DNA of 64,000 nt, from contig NC_042999.1 of assembly GCF_006345805.1 (NCBI RefSeq), positions 4,216,001 through 4,280,000 on the forward strand, given 5' to 3'. Within the stretch, counting starts at the first letter, position 1. Every line of letters starts with the position of its first letter. The position numbers and the translations under genes were made by a program. This document shows, piece by piece, positions 51,276 to 64,000 of this stretch. The notes below the pieces were generated by a model. That model worked only from the letters and a program-made list of their open reading frames with translations. It was not told the origin of the DNA and did not search any database. The DNA comes from Octopus sinensis. Taxonomy: Eukaryota.

Positions 51276-51722
51276 ACTTATATACAAACATGTTGTTGAA
51301 TAATTAAGTGATTGTAATCAGCCTTCATCAAGTTTCTCTTATCGTAATTCTCAATTAAAATTTATTGCTCTGTCCATTTCTTTAAAGCTATTCACTCCCA
51401 TAAAGGAATTCTTTAAAAAACAAAAATACTCTCCTTTCCTTTAATTTCCAGATGTAATCAACAATCTCTTACTTCTTCATATCTGGATATGAAGCAATTG
51501 TATTATTTTAAATATAAATATAAACTATTTTTATAAAAGTGTTTAATCAGTTTGATATGCATTTTAAAAATTTATCTTGAATAAGCTTGGCTTGAATTCT
51601 GTAATTCAAAATTTTATTAATCGTTTTTATTAATTTGAAAGGTAAATTATCTTAGATATGAGAACTTTACTTGTATGAAACAATGAAGCATTGGAGGGTA
51701 TATGTTTTAATTAAATATACCA

Positions 51723-51887
51723 GGCGCAGGAGTGGCTTTGTGGTAAGTAGCTTGCTTACCAACCACATGGTTCCGGGTTCAGTCCCACTGCGTGGCATCT
51801 TGGGCAAGTGTCTTCTGCTATAGCCCCGGGCCAACCAATGCCTTGTGAGTGGATTTGGTAGACAGAAACTGAAAGAAGCCTGACGTA

Positions 51888-51936
<49 letters not shown>

Positions 51937-52149
51937 ATATGTTTGTGTGTGTGTTTGTTCCCCTAGCATTGCTTGACAACCGATGCTGGTGTGTTTACGT
52001 CCCCGTCACTTAGCGGTTCAGCAAAAGAGACCGATAGGATAAGTACTGGGCTTACAAAGAATAAGTCCCGGGGTTGATTTGCTCGACTAAAGGCGGTGCT
52101 CCAGCATGGTCGCAGTCAAATGACTGAAACAAGTAAAAGAGTAAAAGAG
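51723..52149 (+). mobile_element. Full-length young CORE-type SINE
   Basis: TSD TATACCA at 51716-51722 and 52150-52156. Confidence 0.92.
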
Positions 52150-52727
52150 TATACCAATATCATTAACAGGGAGTAGGGGAATATTTACTTGAATACTGTT
52201 TATGAGTAAAATTTAATCATCATATTTTAATAGGTTCTAGTAATATATTAAAGGCACTAAAACTTATCTGCCTCGGTTTGTAGTTAACAAGTTTGCTTCC
52301 AAACTACATGGTTTCAGGTTCAATCCCACTGCATGGCACCTTGAGCAAGCGTCTTCAACTATAACCTTGGGTTATAGCTTTGTGAAGAAATTTGTTGTAC
52401 ACATGCGTGTGTGTGGTTATGTGCAACCTTGTCTTGACAGCATTCAGATGTAGTAAAATCTACTTCAACAAATTCTCTTTTACCTATGTAAGCATAAAAA
52501 AAGTGGATGTTAAATAGTGGAAATGGCAAGGGTGGTGGTTTGCTTGCAACTGGGATGGGGAAATGGATAAGATGAAAGAAAAGGAAAAAAAGGGCAGCCA
52601 ATTATTTTATTTGGGTAGTATTTCATTCATTTATGCTACTAATGATCTTAGAGGTATCTTATGAACATTACATCATCTCATTCTTCTTACTCAATAAATG
52701 TGACTTTGTACCTAAGTAAAAAATAAA

Positions 52728-52912
52728 TATTGGTCTCAAATTTTGGCACAAGGCCAGCAATTTCGGGGGTGGAGAAGTAAGTGAATTAAATCAACCCAGT
52801 GCTCAACCAATACTTATTTTATCAACTCCAAAAGGATGAAAGAGAAAGTTGATATCAGTGGAATTTGAACTTCAGAGCATGAAGACAGACGAAATGCAGC
52901 TAAGCATTTTTC
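52728..52912 (-). mobile_element. Old Meta-type SINE with alternative tail
   Basis: CAAATTTTGGCACAAGGCCAGCAATTT..GGATGAAAG..GAATTTGAACT. Confidence 0.7.
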
Positions 52913-53383
52913 TCACTACCCTAAGTAAGAAATAAATATTATAATATGGTAAACTTTGACAATAATCTTCACATGTTTAAAATAATAGTTTTCCTGTCTA
53001 TGGTGATAGAGAATCTCTATTATTTGAGGATGAAGATTCAGTTGTTCAATCAACGAAATTATCTGCTCCTGAATTAATGTAAATATTCCATTAAGGTTAC
53101 ACAGAAATGTGTATCCTTAATGGAATTGTCTGACAGAATCAGTGTGAAACAATGTGTTACAAGGCTGTACTTTTGAATTACAATCAACCTGGAAGGCTTC
53201 TGTACAGTTTCCATCTGCCTAATTTCACTCACGAAGTATTTGCCCAAAATGCTAGGCAGTAGGATTGAATCCACAACTTCATGGTTCTGAAACAAACTTC
53301 TTAACAATTTGGCCAAACTAAACCTACTTTCTATATATATAAATAGTGCAACAATGTCAAATAAGTAAATTTTGTGTTGATGT

Positions 53384-53424
53384 ATATTATTATTATTATT
53401 ATCATTATTATTATTACTATTATT

Positions 53425-53495
<71 letters not shown>
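53384..53495. repeat. (ATT)n microsatellite
   Basis: Direct reading. Confidence 0.95.
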
Positions 53496-53651
53496 CACAC
53501 CCATTGGTGAATTATCTATTATCTAAACATATGTCAGTATTATTTTGTGTATACAATCAACTCAATGTTTGTCCAAAATATACTGCTTATTTATAACTTT
53601 ATCAAAGCATCTTATTTCCTTAGACAGTAGCCATAATATTCTAGTACTTAT

Positions 53652-53688
<37 letters not shown>

Positions 53689-53752
53689 ATATATATATAT
53701 CTTATATACTACAAGCACTTTAAGCTCTTTCTGGAAGTAATTATCTGAATTA

Positions 53753-53810
<58 letters not shown>

Positions 53811-55067
53811 GATACATACTATTAGAAAATAAATAGATAGACAGATAGATAGATATATGGTGCAGGGAGGCAAAAATTTATTTCTGCAACAAACAGCGGA
53901 TAAATAATAGAAGCATATTTAGCAATAGATTAGAAATCTTACAGGATAATATTTTTCTTTATTCATTAAAGTTCCTTTCTGATAAATTCTAGCAGACTCG
54001 AGTTCCAAGATTCATTCTTGTTTTGACTGATTTAGTTGCTGTGAAAATAACAATGTTGGGCTGCTGCCTTTCAAATTAGGTTTCTGTTATTTTTAATCTG
54101 TATTTGTCGAATTCTGTTTACTCTTATCTCTTATCTCAATTACATTTCGTGTTGTACTATAGAGATACAGATACAGTTATATTCTTGTAAAAGATATAGC
54201 AATTAATTCTTAATGAGATTATGGTTTAGAAATACTCCTGTGACAATAATGGGGCTATTTGTTTGATTCAATTTAGTTATCTTCATAGAATGTGGTTGCA
54301 TTTATTAAATTTTAAGGACAGATTCAGACCAAATTTACTTTAGTAAATTCTAACACTTTTAAAATTGTATTAATTCCATCTAAAGAAGTTAGCGAGGTGT
54401 TATCATCACTCATTTTAAATTATTCTACTGATGTGTGCAGATATTGCAATTTGGTTAAGTGACAAGAAGTGTAGGTACAAAGAAGCAGCTCTCAGATATA
54501 TTTACCTCAGTTAATACATTACTATTGATGTTGTTGATTAACCCTAAATTAATTCTTATTGAGCAGAACTATGATCAAAGGTGTTTATGATCACCCTGTT
54601 TCTTTGTACATCTATAACTGCACTGTCCAATGCATCCCACCTTTTTTAAGATGCTAGGGCTTAATTTGAGATAAATTGGTTGCTACTTCTAGCAGTTTAA
54701 GCAACCATATAAAGATTGCTGCAGTTTGTAATTTTATGTAGTTTTCATTATTACCATATATTAGAACTCTTTACACTCAGAGTTCAAATTCTGCTGATCT
54801 CAACTTTGTCTTTCATCCTTTCAAAGTTGATAAAATAAGTACCAGTTGAACACTGGGGTTGATTTAATTTACTAAGCCTCTACCCCAAAACGCTGGCATT
54901 TTGCCAAAATTTGAAACCACTAATACTTCATTATTTTCCTAACCTGGTATCTTAAATGGCTAGATCCATAGAAACCATTGAAACTTTTGAGAATAGTATT
55001 CTAGCAAAGCCCTAACTTTTGGTTTGGCTAACACAAACCAAAGGACTAAAGTAATTTAATATAGGAA

Positions 55068-55451
55068 TCTCTCTCTATATAAACGGCAGTTTGTCTGTCT
55101 GCGTGTCTGTGTGTCTGTTAGGTTGTACCCTCACCCTGACCACGGCTTTCAACCGATTCTGATGAAACTTGACACACACATAGCCCAATGTCATAATTCA
55201 AAACTAACGCAGCAAAAATTTTGAAAAGTTCCCCCAGTTCTGAAAAAAATCGATAAATTCGACATGGGGTCGAGAATCAGAAACACAAACCACAGACTGT
55301 CTAGGGGACGCAACTCGACCTTTTTAACTCTCAAAAAAAATTTACCATAATTTTTTTTCCATTTTTTTGCTACTTTTTGGCTATAACTCTCTAAAAATGC
55401 TTTATAGTTATTTCCCTTACAAACCCGAGTAACGCCGGGCGATACTGCTAG
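55068..55451 (+). mobile_element. Non-autonomous Helitron, 3' end shared with 16188-16586 but different 5' body
   Basis: A|TC start, CCCGAGTAACGCCGGG hairpin, CTAG|T end; AACCGATTCTGATGAAAC motif. Confidence 0.85.
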
Positions 55452-55559
55452 TCAATTGTTAAAATATAATTTCTAGAAGATATATTGTCAGTTTCTTTTC
55501 TCTTTTTTGCTTGCATCAAACATTTCATCAGAAGTATTATTTCATGAAAGGGGTTTAGA

Positions 55560-55900
55560 AATTCAAGTGAAATCCAAATGGAGTGCTACTATACCTATAT
55601 CGGCTGTTATGCACATTGGCTTTCTGAACTACATCCAGAGAAGAGCCACACAGATGATTGGTGTTTCATCTCCAACAGACACACTCCAGCCTCTGTTTAT
55701 ATGCATACTGTCTCTGCTCTCTGTCTTCTATCGCTGCTTCATAAAACTAACTGGTCTTGCACCTCTACCATTCAGACCCCTTCGGCCCACTCATCTTTCC
55801 ATCTTGGTGTTTCCGACCTCCTTTCCCTACACTGGCCACTACACTCAGGGATTTTCCCCTTTCTCATGTTTTTTCCTGTAAGTGTTGATCTGCAATAGTT
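55560..55900 (+). mobile_element. Degenerate CR1/Jockey-group LINE ORF2 C-terminal remnant
   Basis: LNYIQRRATQMIG..DTLQPL..LSVFYR resembles the LDRVQRRA..LQPL.HRR..LSLFYR motif. Confidence 0.55.
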
Positions 55901-55905
55901 TAAAT

Positions 55906-56155
55906 CAGTGGCTCTCAACCTTTTTTTTTGCCTGTGAACCCCTTTAGTTCCTATTTTACTCTACTGGACCCTTATAGCCATTTGAAGTTTTCAGAAGCTG
56001 CATTATATTTTTATAATTAAATATTATTGGGAATTGTATAAAAAAAATTGTTAAAATATTTCGAGTATTATAGAAATATAACCATTTCATTGTAGATAAA
56101 TTTTAACAACAAAATCTTATAAGAAACCCCAAGGGTTTTATGGTCCCCAATTGGA
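55906..56155. mobile_element. hAT-type MITE remnant
   Basis: CAGTGGCTCTCAACC terminus and GAACCCC subterminal motifs; right TIR degraded. Confidence 0.5.
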
Positions 56156-56374
56156 AGGTTTACAAGGGTTATGAACTCTGCTCTTACCTTTAGACTCAGC
56201 AGCTATGAACATAGAATGTGTTTTGTTCAAGGATGTGGTTCTTACTGAAACTGTTGAATTTTTTAACCAGTAACTGACTCTGTAAAAAAAACAAACTTAA
56301 ATTCCTGCTCAGATAAAATGGACTCATCTCCAGTTAGTTGGAATACTATGTATACTGGTTATATTAGTTGAACT

Positions 56375-56766
56375 GGTGTTCTCATCTTGATAGTTGCTTT
56401 CACTACATTTTGGTTGTTGTACATTCCAGCTTTCTTCAGGTGTTTTGTGTTAAACTCAGTTGTATTGGAATTTCAAAACTAACTCTTTATTTGATCATTG
56501 GAGGCACTCTATTCTCAATCTGCTCTCTATGCATCATGACATTTTTGCTTCAGTTGATTTTGTTTTTGTGAATTACCTTAGTGTCTTGCTTGAGATTGAA
56601 CTCAGAACCTTTAGGTGAGTGCACAGCATTAACCAATGTCTTTATCTACTATGCCATGCCTATAGGCAGTGACAGAGGGAATTTTTAACACAAGACATCT
56701 GAAGAAGGCTGGAGGATACAACAGCCAAAACCTAGTAAAAGCAACAACCAAGATGAGGAAGACACC
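56375..56766. mobile_element. Inverted pair of degenerate Penelope-like hammerhead-bearing repeats
   Basis: Arms 56375-56454 and 56684-56766; right arm CTGAAGAA-GGCTG-loop-CAGCC-AAAAC. Confidence 0.6.
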
Positions 56767-56775
56767 AATCTTACT

Positions 56776-56778
<3 letters not shown>

Positions 56779-56808
<30 letters not shown>

Positions 56809-57190
56809 TTAGCGTCCGCTTTCCATGCTAGCATGGGTTGGACGGTTCAACTGGGGTCTGTGAAGTCAGAAGGCTGCATCAGGCCCAGTCTGATCTGGCA
56901 GTGTTTCTATGGCTGGATGCCCTTCCTAACGCCAACCACTCCGTGAGTGTAGTGGGTGCTTTTTACGTGCCACCCGCACAGGTGCCAGACGGAGCTGGCA
57001 AACGGCCACAAATGGATGGTGCTTTTACATGCCACCGGCACGGGGTCCAGGCGAGGCTGGCAACGGACACGAACGGATGGTGCTTTTACCGGCACGAGGC
57101 CAGTCGGGGCGGCGCTGGCAACGGTCATGAATGGATGGTTCTCTTACGTGCCACTGGCACTGGTAACCCAGCTGCAATTTCCATTGATTG
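56779..57190 (-). mobile_element. Young RTE 3' UTR fragment with ~50-bp internal subrepeats
   Basis: Near-identical to 26157-26512. Confidence 0.85.
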
Positions 57191-58521
57191 ATTTCGATTC
57201 TGATCCTCACTTGCCTCAACAGGTCTTCACAAGTAGAGTTTTGTGTCCCAAGAAGGGAAGGTATGCATTAAATTAATTATAAACAGTATACATTAAATTA
57301 ATTCCTCATCTCAGAAATATAGAATGGGAATATAACTACTCTAACAGTACAACCATGTCATCTTTAAGGTAAAGAATTCTTTTGTTTTGAGACAGATGTA
57401 AGGAGAATATTTATTCACATATCCTACATTCAGAGTTCATTCAAGTTCATTTGAAGGTTGTTTTTCAACAATGTTACAATGATGATTCATTGTTTTTAGT
57501 TGGTTTTTTTTTCATTTTATTATCATTTTCCTTCAAAAACAAATCATTTTTATCTGTGTATCAATAATTGTGTATCAGCCGGAGAGTTATACATTGTGGG
57601 TTTGTTTTTTTCTATTGATTTTGTCACTTCAAATAACTTCGATCTACTGCACTATGAAAACATGTCTAAACACGTAGAATTGTTAATAGCTTCCATTTAG
57701 AGCACAGTGCTATGTTAATATATCCTTGCTGAATATTTATGGTTCAAAATGGAAATAGGGAATTAAGTTGGTAATTGCTTTGTTATAATTAGCTTCACTT
57801 AACCTGTTCCTTGTGTTATACACTAGAGCAAATCAAGTTTCTTTTCATTTATATCTTCTCCTTTATGTTGATTTAGCTAATTCTTTCTCTCATTTTCTTC
57901 CTGTAACACACACTCAGGCAGTAAGAATTCGAAAGTCTAATATTGCCAGTTAGTTTATCAAATATGTGCTTACATGTTAGAAGCTAAACTAACAGCACAC
58001 ATACCTCATATGCTAATCAGCAGTTAATAAGGATGGTGGGGGTTGTTTATTTGTTTGAGGGATTTCTTGTTTTGATTTGTAGTTACGGTATTTTTACACT
58101 TTATTTAATATATTTATTTAATATTTTGTAATCTAATTACGTTAGTTAGAATATGGATGAAGGTTGAGGAAAGCCTACGTCTGACTCAACTCATTTATCA
58201 CACTGGAAACTAAAGACAGTCACCAATAAAGCAAGCTGGTGATTAAGAAACTTGCTTTGCAGCTGCAAGGTTTTGAGTTCAGTGTTAATGATATATAATG
58301 ATACTTATATGAACTAAAGGTGTGTTTTTGCCAATGTTTACATCGGTATGCACATTCTATAACCGTGTTTCCTAGGGGATTTTTACAAAAAATAATGAAA
58401 AATAGTTCAGAATTACAGAGAAGACAGAATTCTTTGCCTTTGTCATAAGGTATCGAGATTTAGAGAATTAACCATTCTAAATTAAATTGTTCATTGTGAT
58501 CTTTTAGATCCCAAATTAATT

Positions 58522-58718
<197 letters not shown>

Positions 58719-59274
58719 TAGTGCATTTGTCTTAATGCTTGTGTTTATCCTCCCTGACACCAGTGTTGATTTGTTGACATCCCTTTAACTTAGCAGTTTG
58801 GCAAAAGAGACCAATAGACTAAGTACCAGACTTTGAAGAAGTACTGGCATTAATTTGTTCAACTAAGCTCTTCAAAGTGGTGCCCCAGCATGGCTGCAAT
58901 CCAGTGACTAAAACAAATAAAAGAGAAAAACAAGATAGTCAAACCTTATTATAGTTAGAAGAGATAACAAAAATAAAAGAGAAAAAGATAAAGATAGAAT
59001 GTAATCGTCCACTATTGGGTACCTCCCACTTTGTGCTTAAAAATTTATTGCCTTTCCACTGATTTGTTAATGATGTGATATTAAATTGGTGATGGCTGGG
59101 CACTCACAGTTTTATTATTTGCTCATGCCAGCTGAGTAGACTGGAACAACATAAAGTAAAGTGCTTTGCCAAAAGACACAACTTGCCTCTTGGACTGGGA
59201 ATCAAAGCCATGTTCCGTCTCAGGAAATCTTTACATACATATGAGCAAGTTTAAAAGAGTTTTGTCTCCTTCAG

Positions 59275-59665
59275 CCCTTTCGATACTAACCTATCTGAGA
59301 CCATGTCTGGTCCTGTAAAAGAAACTTCCTGTTTAACCCTTTAACATTTAAATAACCTGATCGAATGTAATGCTAATTTATTTGCATTGCTTTGAATTAA
59401 TCATGCATTATCTTAGAGCTTTGAGATTTCAGTAATGTGATTATTTATTTTTAGAATGACATGATATGTTAAGCATGAGGAGGTGGATCTGACAGAATAT
59501 ATTGGCCAGATATGTTCAGTTTAAACACTAAAGGATTAAAGCAATCTAAATTAAAAGTTTCCACCAACTTAATAATGACAATTACTCTACTAAATTCTTC
59601 ATTATTTTCAAAGTTAATTGAAGCAAAAGTCATGAACTTTCCTCAGAAATATGATAACAAAAGAG
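59275..59665. mobile_element. piggyBac-like MITE with a second TTAA-flanked MITE (59337-59535) nested inside
   Basis: Outer CCCTTTCGATAC..AAAAGAG|TTAA matches the 25204 family; inner TTAA|CCCTTTAACATT..AACACTAAAGGA|TTAA. Confidence 0.75.
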
Positions 59666-60360
59666 TTAACTGCATTGACTGATTCATAAATTGTTCCATT
59701 TACTAGCATACCATTATCAAGTAAAATAACCATAACCTGTTGTTTAGTTAAACCTTCATCTTACACTTACTATTTTTCATTTGGAAAATATAATTAAGGT
59801 TTTAAAAAATAAAAAATGCTCTGAATACAAAATTAAGAAGGTTAGGTTGTCTTATAAACATGAATGTGTATTTCAATAACCTCTAGATGCATTGAGGTGA
59901 TATTTAATTATTACAAAATGCCTATATTGAAATTAGATGTAAAATATAAAAGCTCTTTCCTCTTAACTCATTTGTCATTGTATTTAGTCAAACCAGACCC
60001 AACCACCACTGACAACATAACATTTGTTCTTTTCTTGATGAAATTTTTTATTTCTGTATATAGTGGTATGCTTAACAATGCCTCCAGCAAGCTAAGATCT
60101 TTATTCTCTCTCAGTCATATATTTCAAAATATAAGCTATATAATCGCAGCAAATATATTTCAATATATGTTTAGAAGGATTAAGTCTTAAATTATATTAT
60201 TGAACACATAGCATGAATATATACACACGCACACATACACATACACACACGTACCTATGTGTGTGACATGTAGGTTTTAGGTGAAATCATAAATAAAACC
60301 AATCAAATATTAACTGAAAGAATACCCAATATACTTAAGTAGATTATCGTTTATTTAATA

Positions 60361-60762
60361 CTAGCAGTATCGCCTGGCGTTGCTCGGGTTTGTAAGGGAA
60401 ATAACTATATAAGCATTTTTAGAGAGTTATAGCCCAAAAATAGCAAAACAATGCACTAAAAATGGAAAAAAAATGATGGTAAATTTTTTTTTAAATCGTT
60501 GACTCATCGTAGACATTTTTAGAGAGTTACTTCCCTTATATAATAGCGAAAAAATGCATTAAAATGGAAAAAAAATTATGGTAATTTTTTTTTAAATCGT
60601 AGACTCATCGTAGATGCGCACTAATACCCAGAAGGGCTCGATATGAATCACGACTATAAGATACCCGCTTTTGGTTAAACTGCACCGCAAAATGTGGGAG
60701 TAGTTAGGAATCTAAATCATAGGAGACAGACACTCACACAACTTGACTTTTACATATAAAGA
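60361..60762 (-). mobile_element. Non-autonomous Helitron
   Basis: Reverse complement of 16188-16586; A|TC and CTAG|T ends. Confidence 0.88.
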
Positions 60763-60894
60763 TATTTAAGTTGTCAAATTATTTTTACAAGAAAAAGGTT
60801 GACCCTGAGTTTAAGATTTTGATGGACAATCTGCTGAATCTAATCATTGGCAAAATTCTGAAATTCTAGTTTATTTTTTCCCTTCTAAATATAT

Positions 60895-61280
60895 ATTCTT
60901 TTATTCTTTTACTTGTTTCAGTCATCTGAGTGTAGCCATGCTGGAGCCCCACCGTGAATGGTTTTAGTCAAACAAATCACCCCATGACTTCTTTTTTAAG
61001 ACTAGTATTTATTCTATCGGTCTCTTTAGCTGAACTGCTGAGTTGCAGAGATGTAAACACACCAACACCAGTTGTCAAGCAATGATGGAGGGGGACAAAC
61101 ACACAGACACATGCACACACACACACACACACACACACAGATATATATGACAGGATTCTTTCAGTTTCCATCTACCAAATCCACTCACAAATTTTTGGTC
61201 AACCCAAGGCAAAGACACTTGCCCAAGATGCCACACAATGGGATTGAACCCAGAACCATGTGGTTGAGAAGCAAGCTTCT
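60895..61280 (-). mobile_element. Older CORE-type SINE
   Basis: CTTTTACTTGTTTCAGTCA tail and GACACTTGCCCAAGATGCCAC head. Confidence 0.8.
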
Positions 61281-61600
61281 TTATTTCTTTCAAATTGCCA
61301 TAAAGGCATTACACAGAGGGGGACACTACAACACATATGGGAACATATAATAATTAAAATATGATGCTATTGTAAGTAGCTTTATGAGACCTGCCTAAAA
61401 GTACACTAAAGTAGTAAAATGTCAGACATCTTTGGTTAGTAGGCTAATGCCAGAACTACATAAACATTGTTATTTCATAACCATTTAAAAGACCCAGCCT
61501 GGGAGCATTTGTGTGGTCATTCAACATTTTAGAAATAGCAACCTAATTCTCTTAAAATCAGGCTTTACCCTCTAATAACAGGAAGGAAATATTAAACAAT

Positions 61601-61601
<1 letters not shown>

Positions 61602-61632
<31 letters not shown>

Positions 61633-61960
61633 TATTTAACGTCTGTTTTCCACGCTAGCATGGATTGGATGGTTCGTCCAGGGTCTAGAAGCCATGGAGG
61701 CTGCACCAGGCTCTAGTCTGATTTGGCAGTGTTTCTACAGCTGGATGCCCTTCCTAACACCAACCACTCCATGAGTGTAGTGGGTGTTTTTTATGTGACA
61801 CCAGCACAGGGGCCAGAGCAAGCTGGCAAACAGCCACGATCAGTTGGTGCTTTTATGTGTCACTGACACGGACGCCAGCCAGGCGGCGCTGGCATCTGCC
61901 ACGTTCTGACGGTGCTTTTTATGTGTCACCGGCACGGGTGGCTTAACTACAATTTCCATT
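61602..61960 (-). mobile_element. RTE 3' UTR fragment
   Basis: (CAT)n..GGATGCCCTTCCTAACACCAACC..GGTGCTTTT subrepeats. Confidence 0.8.
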
Positions 61961-62942
61961 TGAATTTTTATTTTAGATATACAAAAAGATGGAATGGTCA
62001 TGGCTGGAATGCCTTTCATCATAGATCTTTCCAATCAGGGACAACCTGGAGCTAAATAATAACAACAACAACAACAACAGCATAAATTATTTTAAATTCA
62101 TTCTTTTCTTTAATTCCAACATTTTTCAGTGTCTTCCATCTCTTCTTATTAATTTGCTGTAGTTCCATAATACACTTTAAAATTTCACATCATTCTGCTA
62201 CTTTGTAATAAATACTTTTGTGGTCTTCTGCATTATTCTGAAGTTTTAGTGTCTCAAAGCAGCTATAGAAGTCTGTAGGAATCTCAGGAAGCATAACAGC
62301 ATTATATTTCCTGTTTCTCTCCATAATATTCAGTTTCTAGTTTTAATTTGCTATAAGCAATTAAGTAGGTTCGTTATTCTTATCGATATTTATGGTTTAA
62401 TTTAAAACCTATATGATAATCTTAAAGAAACAATTAAGCTAATTTGTATTTGTATACAAAGTCTTTGTATCTTATTGCATTTGTGACATTCCTATCATAT
62501 CAATCCTAACACAAAGAAATGAAAAATTTAATTATTTTATGAATATAAATTGAAGTAGGATAGTTTTTTTGTTTGTTTGTTTTCTCCAAGGCTGAGTAAG
62601 CAATGTAGCTTGCATTTAAAATTAAATGTAACTAAGAAAGCAGGCCTGTCATATGACTGCCACAACAGACAACCAGTAGTTAAGTACACATCATGTGATT
62701 GTGTTGATTTCAAATGTAAAATTTCATCCTGTTGAAATGATGTGAATTATCTTGTATATAGAGAACCAAGTCTTTAATAATTCTCATGATAAATTCTGTG
62801 CCCTTCTCAACATTTTCTTCTTCATTGCTCTAATGTCTTCACCTTCAATATTTCCTTTACCATCAGCTATGCCAATAATATAGTAAAATTTCTTGACAAC
62901 TTGGTACAATTTTCCATTACCTAAACCCTTGTCAAACCTACC

Positions 62943-62998
62943 TATTTCTTTACTACCCACAAGGGGCTAAACACAGAGGGGACAAACAAGGAAAGACA
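62943..62998 (-). mobile_element. Tail-only insertion of the young Meta-type SINE
   Basis: TATTTCTTTACTACCCACAAGGGGCTAAACACAGAGGGGACAAACAAGG. Confidence 0.85.
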
Positions 62999-64000
62999 TG
63001 AAGATAATGCACTTTTAAGTCAGTTTGGTCATTAAATCATCATCAATAGTACACAATATTGGGTATTTTGCATGTGAAGGTGAGAATAACGATACTAATA
63101 TTTACATAAGTTTCCATGTTTTTTATTACCTGGAACATTTGCATTTCTATATGTACAACAACAACAACTATTTGAATAAAGCAGCATACATGGAACAGTA
63201 AATGTGATAGTTAAAAGTCTTCATAGTATAAAATATTTTAGTTATATGAAAATTGTTCATGATTATCAAAGACAAAGTAGAAATAGTGAGAACATCTTAT
63301 CACTAAAATGACAAATAGAGTTCTGTGTAACACCTGAGGTTGTTCTGTTGGGGAGTTTAAGATCCAGCTTTTATAATATTGAGTCAAAACTTCTAGAACC
63401 TTTATCAGAACTATTTGGTTGGAGATTTCACAAAAATTGGGTTCAAGTATACTGCTGTTTGGTTACCCACCAGCTAATCTGATTGGCTGAATCATGTTCT
63501 CATAGGTATTTATACATTTATGATGACAGTTAATTTCTCATAACTGGTCTAACTTTTTATGGCAATACAGTTAGGCTGTGGTCCCAAACTGAAGAATCTG
63601 AGCAAAATGGCTTGAAACTTGGCAGAAACCTCACTACATTTCCAACTAAAATTATCTGCAGCCAAATATTCTTTAAAATCTCACACAATGGCAATCTCTC
63701 CACTTCTAGAACTGTAAAAATATTTGTGACTATGGAACTACAATCATATATCTAGATCTTGTGTCAAAACTAGACATAAATTTCTTATCTCTCATGACTT
63801 GCTGCCATGGCATATGTGCCAAAATTCTAAACACAGCAAAAAGAAATTCCCTACTGGCAGGAGACCAAAGTGTATAGACTGAGAATTCATCGAGTTCAGA
63901 ATAATGAGGAGAGGAAAAGTTAAGAGTAAATATGAATAATGACAAAAAAAAAAAAAAAGACATTAACACATTTTGCTAAATATCAAGCTTTGAATTAAAT

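Noticed and set aside
63730-63969. 79-aa ORF or exon at the window end
   Set aside because: N-terminus is a T-tract translation; no recognisable domain or donor site

Overview
AT-rich, microsatellite-dense eukaryotic DNA with no confidently identifiable host protein-coding gene. The repeat families and composition resemble a coleoid cephalopod (Octopus-like) intron or intergenic region; this is inferred, not verified. Most listed ORFs are microsatellite or SINE artefacts. Supportable content: a young 5'-truncated L1/Tx1-type LINE inside a (GATA)n tract; several RTE LINE remnants and many copies of their (GAT)n-tailed 3' UTR; at least three tRNA-derived SINE heads (CORE-type, Meta-domain-type and a third) carrying interchangeable tails; mariner/maT, hAT, piggyBac-like and Helitron non-autonomous elements; Penelope-type minimal hammerhead motifs; an 11-unit tandem array built from an RTE 3' end; a 29-bp minisatellite; and a 144-bp foldback hairpin. 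The most notable signal is a modular SINE-LINE partner system visible within this one window. A young Meta-type SINE subfamily shares its last ~42 nt with the Tx1-type LINE, while a CORE-type SINE subfamily uses an RTE-like tail.
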